A stretch of DNA of 46,734 bases, taken from positions 20,360,691-20,407,424 of the forward strand of contig NC_068993.1 in the NCBI RefSeq assembly GCF_001194135.2, read 5' to 3'. The notes beneath the pieces were generated by a model. It saw only the letters and a list, made by a program, of their open reading frames with translations. It was not told the origin of the DNA and made no database searches. The DNA is from Octopus bimaculoides (Eukaryota). Below, piece by piece: positions 24,698-33,889 of the stretch (its first letter is position 1; each line of letters begins with the position of its first letter). The position numbers were made by a program, and so were the translations under genes.

Positions 24698-24741
24698 AAC
24701 ACAACATTTCAGCTGATACCCTCCAGCCTTCATCAGGTGTC
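24698..24741 (-). ncRNA. Minimal type I hammerhead ribozyme motif (degenerate), left SINE copy
   Basis: GACAC-CUGAUGA-A-GGCUG(gagggtat)CAGCU-GAAA-U-GUU-GUGUU: both catalytic boxes present, 5-bp stem I (GACAC/GUGUU), 5-bp stem II, and a shortened stem III (AUGU, probably ACGU originally). Confidence 0.6.
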
Positions 24742-24976
24742 TTGGGGAAATTTCGAACCTGGGTTCTCATTCTTAAGGTATTTTTCAATGTTGTTGTTAT
24801 TATTATTATTATTCAGGTCACTGCCTGGAATCGAACTCGGAATCTTGGAGTTAGTAGCCAGCGCTCTTAACCCCAACATTCCGAGTTCGATTCCAGGCAG
24901 TGACCTGAATCATAGTAATAATAACATCATCGAAAAATACCTTAGGAATGAGAACCCAGGTTCGAAATTTGCCCAA

Positions 24977-25022
24977 GTCACCTGATGAAGGCTGAGGGGT
25001 ATATCAGTCAAAACGTTGTTTT
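24977..25022 (+). ncRNA. Minimal type I hammerhead ribozyme motif (probably dead, GAAA changed to AAAA), right SINE copy
   Basis: GTCAC-CTGATGA-A-GGCTG(aggggtatat)CAGTC-AAAA-C-GTT-GTTTT: retains the palindromic ACGT but lacks G12. Confidence 0.5.
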
Positions 25023-26109
25023 AACAACAAACAAGATGAAGACAAACATCCGTCAATTGTAAACTCAGAGAGTTTGTGAGGAACCCATTGACCCAATTTG
25101 CTGATTTTTCCAATGGTATGCAGGTGTCAATGAATGGCTGAATGACCAAATTCAAGCTTCTCTGCTAGTTCCTAAACAGTTTCGATGGGATGTTTTTCCA
25201 TCAGGATTTGCAGGATGTCTTCATCAAGCTCTACAGATCTTCCTGGATAAGATTTGTCTTCTAGGCTGTAGTTTCTGGCTCAGAATTTCTGTAACCACCA
25301 TTGACTCTGGGTTACACTTATTGTCTGACCTCTATATACTGCATTAATATTCCTTGTACTTTCCGTTGCAGTGTTGTCTTTATTGAACTCATAAAGCTGA
25401 ATATGCTCCTTTGTAACTTCTATTATAGCTTTGAAAAAATAACTGTTAAAATTGAACTTCACTTTTCAAAACTTACACTAAGAATAAGGACAATGTAAAA
25501 TTACTATCTGCTTTTATAGTAAGTTGATGCAGGTAGTTTATCCTGTCCCCCTCTGACTTTTAGTTCATGCAATTGAAAAAAAAAGCATTATTTATAGAAT
25601 GATCCAATATAAAAATGGATAGTCTTCCAATAACTATACATTCAATTGTAGCAAAACGCTAAGTAAAGCTGCAAGGTACTGCCTGGAGAACACATCAAAC
25701 AATTTACCTTTTGAGCAGAAGTCCAGCTACTTAACTGCTGGTAGGGGTGGTGTTTATACTTAACTCTTGTCAATTTACAGTACATTCACTGCGAGATGAG
25801 CATTAGTTAATATTTGTGGTTTGACACCTTTGTTACCATATTCCTCTTAAAATACACTGATTTGTTTCAGTTTTGAAAATAATGAAGCATTCAATACAAT
25901 AACTGTTCATAATAAGATGTTATATGGATAATAAATTAACATGTAAACTTGATAGAAGGTTTTAAATTAAATCACATTAAAACAGGAAATTTGTATCACA
26001 GAAACAGGAGCAATCTTCAATGGGTTGGAATGGAAAGGTTTCAGTCAATCAGTTGTCATTATCAAGTTTTTTGTTTTCAGCCCATTTATCTATGCTATGC
26101 TAGATCATG

Positions 26110-26363
26110 TGGAGGCGTGTGGCTTAGTGGTTAGGGTGTCAGCATCATGATCGTAAGATTGTGGTTTCGATTCCTGGACTGGGCGACGTGTTGTGTTCTT
26201 GAGCAAAACACTTCGTTTCATGTTGCTCCAATCCACTCAGCTGGCAAAAATGAGTAACGCTGCGATGGACTGGCGTCCCGTCCAGCTGGGGAACACATAC
26301 GCCATTGAAACCAGGCCCATGAGCCTGGCTAGGCTTTAAAAGGGCGCATTTATTTATTTATTT
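26110..26363 (+). mobile_element. Complete tRNA-derived SINE (V/CORE-like) with 14-bp TSD
   Basis: TATGCTAGATCATG at 26096-26109 and 26364-26377; A/B boxes; GATGGACTGGCGTCCCGTCCAG core; (TTTA)n tail. Confidence 0.9.
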
Positions 26364-26489
26364 TATGCTAGATCATGCTCAACTGCTTTCTTAACCAACT
26401 TTTTAAACCATCATTTTAAAGTTAATATTGTAAAATTGAACATAAATTACATATATTTAACCAGCTGTCGCCCACCACAAGACAATTGA

Positions 26490-26690
26490 GATGCTAAAAC
26501 CAAGGTGCTACATAAAAGGCATTGGTGTAGGTGCTGATGCCATGTAAAAAGCACCCAGTACACTCTATAAAATGGCTGGCATTAGGAAGGGTATCAAGCC
26601 ATAGACACCCTCTATGTTGTCCTTGACCTTGCCAGTTCCTGTCAAATTATCCAACCCATGCCAGCATGGAAAACAGATGTTAAAATAACC
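26490..26690 (+). mobile_element. RTE LINE 3' tail fragment
   Basis: AAAAAGCACCCAGTACACTC..GGCATTAGGAAGGG..CCAACCCATGCCAGCATGGAAAACAGATGTTAAA. Confidence 0.75.
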
Positions 26691-26844
26691 AGGAATTATC
26701 TTTATCTTTACTATATTCTCTAAGACATTAGTCCAATGATAATTAAGATTAGAAGTGAGCAAAATTATAAGTAAGCTCTTTGAGGAGTTTACAAACAAAC
26801 GTGAACTTAAAATGGTTAAACAAATAATGACTATTTGGTCTAAC

Positions 26845-26993
26845 CTTTCTTTTTCCTTTTGTCTAATTTCTTCTTCTTTTTTACGCCTTTCTTGTTCAAC
26901 ACGTTCCCTCTCTGCTGCTTGTAATCTTTCTCGCTCAGCTTTCCTGTCTCGAATGGCTTTCTCTGAGAGGTGTTTAGTTTTATCAAAGTCAAC
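26845..26993 (-). CDS. AKAP17A: AKAP17A coding exon 2
   Basis: Acceptor ATAACAG|GTT (phase 0); VDFDKTKHLSEKAIRDRKAERERLQ (human VSFDSTKHLSDASIKKRQLERQKLQ); donor AG|GTTAGA, phase 2, matching exon 3. Confidence 0.92.
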
Positions 26994-28671
26994 CTGTTAT
27001 AATAGTGACAATTGATTAAATGCAGAGATACATTGTTTCATTTATGCAATACAATAAATTAAGCTAAGTCAAAGCAAGTTGCTATTTTAAGGGAGGTTAT
27101 TTAGTAAATCTACTCGAGGAATAACCCATTTATCTTAGCAACAAATAAAGAACATTTAATATAAATTTTACCCTCTCTCTATAACAAGCTGCTTGCAATC
27201 AAGGAAAGCATCCATGCAACTCCTACCTAAAAAGAGAAAATCATATCAAAAACAAACTGAGAAAATAATTTTCACCTTAAAAAAAGATTGTAAATCTTAC
27301 ATTAAATTTCTTTTTTGTTTTTTAACAATTCATAACAATTTCCCATCGTTTGAATTGTTCAACATATAACTATGGCATCACATATTGCCATGGCTAGATG
27401 CTCTTTGAAATATTAAACTACTTGACTATGAAGTGAAAGTTTAGTTTATATACATTGGGAATAACTGAGCTAAGTTGAAAATTCCTCTCTTATATAGTAA
27501 ATATTATAGAAACAACACCGGTAAATAGCTAAAGACCATACATAACAAAGTAAGAGAGTAGTATGCTCTGACCTTGGAAAATCCCTTGGAGCTTAGGACA
27601 CAATTTTATACATTTATATTTGGCGTTGTCTAGGAGCTATGGACAAAGCACATTTACTTTAACTCAGCCAACTCGTGTGAATATGCTTTGCTGAAAAGGT
27701 CCAATACGGCTGAAGCATGCTTGATGTTTTTACTACTAGGCTTAAAAACAAGACTGAACTCTGTATCGTCTTCGATGTAAATAGAAATTTCAACTACTTA
27801 TCTCCCTTGAATGCTTTTTTTTTTTCCCGAAATTTCACACATCCATTGAAGTGTCCCTTTTTTAAAAACTAATTGCATATCTAATTTCAGTTTAAGTTTT
27901 TCATCTCACTATGTTATATATATGAGAACTTTCTTTATGTATATTTAATATGCTGAACACTCCCCTGCGGCATTTTCCTACGGCAATATTGCAGATATGT
28001 GTTCAATACCATGCAAGTAATTAATGGTAACGGCCTCAAGCAATAAATACACATTTGCCAATAAAAATAATACTTTAAAATCACTTCACCATATGGGTCA
28101 TTGAGATAACACTGAAGTCTTTGTTTTCATTTCGGGACCGAATGTAGTACATACGGAAATGGTTTACTATGCCTATCCTTTCAGTCCTACAAAATAATCT
28201 GAGCGTAATACTTCAAGCAAATGAAACAAGTACAATACAGTGTATGTATTGTTTACTAACTGAAGTAAGCAGAAATCTTTCCTACTCTGAATCAATATAA
28301 GTCAGTCAACATTAAATTATTATTATTATTATTATTATGATCACCTCTTTTCATACTTATTTCATTAACTCCATAATAAAGATATTTTTAAATATCTTTT
28401 ATCAAATAATAATAAATCAATAATTCATACACGTTTTATGTTGGTCATTTCCACTATCAGCAGTCCTCGGAGCAGAACAACTTTGGTTACTCTCACGAAA
28501 TAGCTTCCTTCAGAAGTTCCAAGTCACACTGATTTTACACAAAAAATGCTATTACAAATATAATAAAATTATGGTTGTTACTATATACGGTGAAACAGTT
28601 CAGTTCAAATGCTACATTATCTTTACAGCATTTTTACCTTCGTGCAAAATCAACGATCTGAAAATAATTAC

Positions 28672-29442
28672 CTTGATATTTGCAGTCAAAGCTTTGTCTT
28701 CTCCTCTGTACATCAATTTCATTCCACGAAGACAGTCCATAGCTTTGATGAAACCGACATATTCCTTGTATTGTACATACGCTTCAAATGTCAAATCTTG
28801 CCCAAATGAAAACGTTTGTATAGTGCCTGGCTTTGATTCTGTCATTTGTTTTCGGTACGGATCTAAAACCGGTAAATCTATACATCGGATTTCACCAAAC
28901 ACACTAAATACAGAGTTTAATACCGTTTCACTGGGCTTGTCTTTGTTGGAATCGTTCTGAGCAGTAAACCATCTTGTTGGCAAATCTTTGAAGTAGACAG
29001 TATCAGGTCTTTCTCCAGGCTTCATTTCGTTGATATTCTTTGCATCTCTGAAATAAGAAGCCATATCGTGGCGAGTTGGGAAATGAATCTTGGCTGGAGC
29101 TGCCCTTACACGCAGTGTGTCTGAAAATCCACTAAGTTTAATTGATTTACCATCTAATTTCAATAAAAGAACCTTTACATGGCTTTTGTTTTCAGCTTCT
29201 CCCTCAAGTCGAATAAAATCGAGAGTACTTTTAGTTACTTTCAGCGATGTAAAAATATGCGGTTTGATCATGTTTTTCACTTTCTCCATCACCTCCCAAT
29301 TGGAAATTGTTTTGCCAGGACATTTCAATTGAGGTAGTTGTACGGACACATTTATCCGGGCAATAGGTTTTAAATAGAGGTTGAATTGTTCACTTAATTC
29401 AACCGCGTCCGATACATCTGAGCAAACAGCGGGGTTGGACAT
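28672..29442 (-). CDS. AKAP17A: AKAP17A (XE7/SFRS17A) coding exon 1, 257 codons, conserved N-terminal RRM-like domain
   Basis: LYLKPIARINVSVQLPQLK.PGKTISNWEVMEKVK, DGKSIKLSGFSD, PGERPDT, FEAYVQYKEY.GFIKAM..LRGMKLM..ANIK match human AKAP17A motif by motif; donor AAG|GTAATT. Confidence 0.97.
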
Positions 29443-29831
29443 TGCGACGACTAATCACTATACAGTTTACATGAAATACACAAGATGGGGGTTTCTTTCT
29501 TCTCACTTTTTTTTTCTTGATGAGGGAAGAATAACAGGGCTTACATTGGAAAATAACTTAGTATAAATCGGATTTGCATATGTAAATAAAGAGACAGTTA
29601 CTGAAAGGATTTAAAGACAGAAATACAAAAAAAAGTTGTGGGAATGTAAACAGAAATGCTTTCTGACAAGCTGGGTTAGTAGCAATGAAGACATGGTCAA
29701 TTGTTGACAGTTACATCTCGACTGAGACCACATATGCTTTGTTTTTCACAATCTGTGCACATAGTTTCCATCTAAATACATATTTCCTCTAAATATGTTA
29801 ATGGACTATCATACAAAATATTATTACTTAC

Positions 29832-29950
29832 AGTCTAAGGTATAATACATAAATTAGTTATATTTACACTGACAGAGTTGAATGTAAACTTGATAAACTC
29901 ATGGAGTAAATATCGTTTCCACAACAATGAGAGCCGCCATTTTAAATAAT
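29832..29950 (-). other. Probable non-coding first exon of AKAP17A
   Basis: GTAAGT donor at 29831-29826; AG acceptors at 29459-29458 or 29452-29451 just above the ATG; YY1 motif near the inferred start. TSS position is inferred. Confidence 0.5.
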
Positions 29951-30245
29951 GCACAATAATTCAAAAGCTGGAATGGGATAACGAAACGATTTTCAAATAA
30001 GTGAACAATACTTGCAGTGGAAAATTTCTCAATAGTTATTTTGACTAAAAATTAAATTAATAAATAAAAATGATCAAATTTTCAGCGATAACTGTTCTTT
30101 CCGTAATTTTTCTAAAAACAAGTGACCCTCTTGTAGTGAATTGACAAAATCAACACCGGAAAGAATAAGTGCGGACGAAGCTCGTTCCACTAATTGAGTT
30201 TTCAGGGAAATCCTATTTAATCTGAATGATTTGAGGATGGCGGGA
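29930..30245. promoter_or_regulatory. Bidirectional promoter region with outward-facing YY1-type motifs and an ETS-like core
   Basis: GCCGCCATTTT (29933-29943; AAAATGGCGGC on minus), GATGGCGG (30236-30243, plus), ACCGGAA (30155-30161). CpG-enriched and repeat-free. Confidence 0.55.
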
Positions 30246-30302
30246 GCACGTCGATTATTCCAAATTCCTTCCTTGGAAGAAATGGAGACACACAAGCAGA
30301 AG
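30237..30302 (+). CDS. ERCC1: First coding exon of a divergent gene, probably DNA excision repair protein ERCC1
   Basis: MAGARRLFQIPSLEEMETHKQK then donor AAG|GTTGGT (phase 0). Resembles the human ERCC1 N-terminal motif ARKKFVIPLDEDE..AKPLF. The nuclease-like domain is not in the window, so the name is tentative. Confidence 0.5.
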
Positions 30303-30832
30303 GTTGGTTAAAATTCATATCTAGTAATTTTAACTCAGACTTCCAGAAAATTCACATTTCTTCAAATGTAGTTTTTGTTCTAACAAAGCTTGGAATGGCT
30401 ATAAGTTCAATGAATCTACTCTGATAGAGCAGAACTATGATGGAAAGTGCTCCAGTTGTGATCATCGTACATTATCCAACCTGTCTCTATTCTTTTAAAA
30501 CGCTAGGGCATGATTTTAAGTTTTACTATATTCTGTAGATCGATTGGCAACACAGAGCGAGAATCAGCAATTGTTTTTGCAATGGTTCGCTTTTAATTAT
30601 TGCATCTTTGTTCCTAGCCCACATGAAGATTATAAATCTTCATAAAAAAATATTCTGTTTTTATCTCCATTCCTATCACTGTCAGAGCTTATGCTAACAA
30701 AAATGAAATCGTGGCACAAAAGACCCTAAACCATTAGCTAACTGCTGAATGACTCTCAAATGGGGGCTAACGCAGTTTTGCACTTCTCTTTGAAAAATGC
30801 ATTTTTTTTTGATGTGGGAGATTACGAATATT

Positions 30833-31030
30833 CTCTTTTACTTGTTTCAGTCTTTTGACTGTGGCCATGCTGGAGCACCGCCTTTAGTCGAGCAAATCGA
30901 CCCCAGGACTTACTCTTTGTAAGCCTAGTACTTATTCTATCGGTCTCTTTTTGCCGAACCGCTAAGTTATGGGGATGTAAACACACCAGCATCGGTTGTC
31001 AAGCGATGTTGGGACAAACACAGACACACA
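30833..31030 (-). mobile_element. OK-like SINE 3' half
   Basis: GTGGCCATGCTGGAGCACCGCCTTTAGTCGAGCAAATCGACCCCAGGAC, near-identical to 12300-12500. Confidence 0.85.
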
Positions 31031-31036
31031 AACGCA

Positions 31037-31080
<44 letters not shown>

Positions 31081-31629
31081 AAAACAAATAGTAAATGAGT
31101 ATATGCATATATACGTACAGGTATGTGCATACCGACATCCACCTGTATGTATAGGTGCATATCTGGGTACAGGACATTGCAAACANNNNNNNNNNNNNNN
31201 NNNNNNNNNNNNNNNNNNNNNNNNNNNNNNNNNNNNNNNNNNNNNNNNNNNNNNNNNNNNNNNNNNNNNNNNNNNNNNNNNNNNNNNNNNNNNNNNNNNN
31301 NNNNNNNNNNNNNNNNNNNNNNNNNNNNNNNNNNNNNNNNNNNNNNNNNNNNNNNNNNNNNNNNNNNNNNNNNNNNNNNNNNNNNNNNNNNNNNNNNNNN
31401 NNNNNNNNNNNNNNNNNNNNNNNNNNNNNNNNNNNNNNNNNNNNNNNNNNNNNNNNNNNNNNNNNNNNNNNNNNNNNNNNNNNNNNNAGATTAAATTTGT
31501 ATACGCAAATTAAATCTATCCATGGAGGAATGTAGTGGCGGACAAAAAACAAGACAGGAAAACAAACAGAAAAGGCTTTACGGCCAGACGAGAAAAATTA
31601 TGTATATATATATATATATATATACATAC

Positions 31630-31800
31630 ACATATACGACGAGCTTCTTTCAGTTTCTGTCTACCAAATCCACTCACAAGACTTTGGTCGACCCGAGGCT
31701 ATAGTAGAAGACACTTGGCCAAGATGCCACGCAGTGGGACTGAACCCAGAACCATGTGGTTGGTAAGCAAGCTACATACCTCACAGCCACTCCTACGCCT
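31630..31800 (-). mobile_element. OK-like SINE 5' half
   Basis: CCAAATCCACTCACAAG..GCAGTGGGACTGAACCCAGAACCATGTGGTTGGTAAGCAAGCTAC. Confidence 0.85.
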
Positions 31801-32564
31801 ATATGCAAAAAAAGAAAATTTTTTTCAATATAACCCACCTCTCCATCCTAATTTAAATTTTTGATTTTGTTTACTTTAATGAGATCGTAGCGAATTGACG
31901 AACATATGCAAATCGAAATTAAATACAAAAACATTAAAGTGAAAAGAATTTGCGTTTTACTTGTTTGCCTTAAATAATCGTAAATAATAATTTAATGCAA
32001 ATTAAATATACACACCACATCCGCATGTGAACCATTTTATGAGAAACAAACATTGATATTTAATAATTAATGTTATAAAGTTTAATAGGGGGCTCAAATT
32101 TCACCCCTCCCCAATTTTAAATTTCACCCATCTATTTATTTGTCTATTTATCCCTATCCGTTTATTCATAAAATATATTCGTCAAATGTGACTGTCCTGT
32201 AGAAGACAGTGTTACTGTTGTATCTAGCCCCAAGAAGACATCTATCTATCTATCTCTTTATACACCTATCTATATGCTTATTGAATTCAAAAGTTTCAAA
32301 ACGTGGTTTCTTGTATATCCGGAATCTCCGTCATCTAAAACTTAAGGAAAGAAAATTTCGAAAAATTTCAAAATTTTAAATGGGAGCGGGGAGTGGTGGG
32401 GGGAGTAATTTTTTTTTTTTTGCATATTTGTAATCTCCGACATCTAAAACGTAGGAATCTGAAAAAAAACTTTTCCAAAAAAAAAATGCATTTTTCAAGG
32501 GGTGGTGTGAAACTGCATTCGCCCCCCTCAAATGCATTAAATATAATTTTAAAATACTTTCTTC

Positions 32565-33196
32565 GGTCCGGATGGACTATATGTAANNNNNNNNNNNNNN
32601 NNNNNNNNNNNNNNNNNNNNNNNNNNNNNNNNNNNNNNNNNNNNNNNNNNNNNNNNNNNNNNNNNNNNNNNNNNNNNNNNNNNNNNNNNNNNNNNNNNNN
32701 NNNNNNNNNNNNNNNNNNNNNNNNNNNNNNNNNNNNNNNNNNNNNNNNNNNNNNNNNNNNNNNNNNNNNNNNNNNNNNNNNNNNNNNNNNNNNNNNNNNN
32801 NNNNNNNNNNNNNNNNNNNNNNNNNNNNNNNNNNNNNNNNNNNNNNNNNNNNNNNNNNNNNNNNNNNNNNNNNNNNNNNNNNNNNNNNNNNNNNNNNNNN
32901 NNNNNNNNNNNNNNNNNNNNNNNNNNNNNNNNNNNNNNNNNNNNNNNNNNNNNNNNNNNNNNNNNNNNNNNNNNNNNNNNNNNNNNNNNNNNNNNNNNNN
33001 NNNNNNNNNNNNNNNNNNNNNNNNNNNNNNNNNNNNNNNNNNNNNNNNNNNNNNNNNNNNNNNNNNNNNNNNNNNNNNNNNNNNNNNNNNNNNNNNNNNN
33101 NNNNNNNNNNNNNNNNNNNNNNNNNNNNNNNNNNNNNNNNNNNNNNNNNNNNNNNNNNNNNNNNNAGGTTCAGATTACATATAGTCCGTCTCTACC
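32565..33196. mobile_element. Non-autonomous DNA transposon with imperfect GGT-starting TIRs and perfect 8-bp TSD (Merlin-like); interior is a gap
   Basis: CTTTCTTC at 32557-32564 and 33197-33204. Left end GGTCCGGATGGACTATATGTAA versus right-end reverse complement GGTAGAGACGGACTATATGTAA. Confidence 0.75.
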
Positions 33197-33745
33197 CTTT
33201 CTTCTAATAGAAAAAGTCCGAGCCTTCAATGGCCCTTCTGTTTACCGGCCCCTGCCGTAGAGGTGTTCTCGTTAGATCTTGTTTGCCGATTTAAATTCCT
33301 TTGACAAATGAAAGCACCTGTACAGATACAGTCATATATTTACAACAACCAATGTCACTACCATGCTCCGAATCTTAGCTTGACCATTATTATCAAAATT
33401 AACGCCACTGTAGAGATGCTGATTACCTGTCTCTCTAGTTAACATGCGACTATTCATCGCAATTAAAAGTAATGATTATAGGCAATATATCTGTATGCTG
33501 TATGTGCGAGAACTTTATTTTAATGGGAACTTCACAAAATGTAGATATACTTAAAAATGGGTTGTAGAGAAAGAAAGAGCGGAGAAGACAAGAAAGTAAA
33601 TCAATCTTGAAGAAACCGCCTAACGGTCTACGACGTGTTTTACGCTCTATGAAGGTTCACGTAAATTTTGGGGATCATCTGAAAACGGCTGTGCATTTAT
33701 CGGTGACAATTTCTAACCTAAGTGGGTAAGCTACATAGTTGTTAG

Positions 33746-33889
33746 GGTAAATTTTCAGATTAACACCCGCACGATTTTCACTAGGGTTTTAGGGTCAGGG
33801 TTTGGGTTTTAGTGTTACGGACGGAATTCCCTAACCCTAACCCTAACACCCTAGTGAAAATCGTGCGGGTGTTAATCTGAAAATTTACC
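33746..33889. mobile_element. 144-bp MITE with perfect 42-bp TIRs, 8-bp TSD and telomere-like internal repeats (Merlin-like)
   Basis: TIR GGTAAATTTTCAGATTAACACCCGCACGATTTTCACTAGGGT (33746-33787 and 33848-33889); GTTGTTAG at 33738-33745 and 33890-33897; inner TTAGGG-like and CCCTAACCCTAACCCTAAC tracts. Confidence 0.9.

Larger units (their letters stand above)
24616..25062. mobile_element. Head-to-head inverted dimer of a tRNA-headed SINE with a Penelope-type 3' part, flanked by a 9-bp duplication
   Basis: ACTCAGAGA at 24607-24615 and 25063-25071; the empty site is seen once in the 42797 mariner copy. Inverted arms 24658-24843 and 24878-25062; B-box GAGTTCGATTCC in each head. Confidence 0.85.
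23914..25607 (-). mobile_element. Full-span decayed mariner element with a nested insertion
   Basis: TA|TTGGGTCATTTCATAAATAATGC ... GCATTATTTATAGAATGATCCAA|TA. Collinear with 42797-44028; ORF remnants 24030-24215 and 25280-25462. Confidence 0.88.

Noticed and set aside
24616-25062. CRISPR array or prokaryotic system
   Set aside because: Eukaryotic spliced genes throughout; no regularly spaced direct repeats with unique spacers. The repeats here are inverted SINE copies.
28431-28530. Intronic C/D snoRNA or a second cassette exon in AKAP17A intron 1
   Set aside because: No clear RUGAUGA C box with a terminal stem, and the splice sites are weak; not supportable by eye.
28571-29332. Plus-strand ORFs 28571-28960 and 29090-29332 (also 22441-22704 and 26755-27015)
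   Set aside because: Antisense shadows of AKAP17A coding exons with no independent homology.
5937-29442. Meaning in PGK and AKAP17A both being X-linked in human
   Set aside because: They are far apart in human (Xq versus PAR1); nothing in this window supports conserved linkage without a synteny analysis.
33788-33847. True telomere or chromosome-fusion scar
   Set aside because: Only a few degenerate units, enclosed by TIRs and a TSD, so they are part of a MITE.
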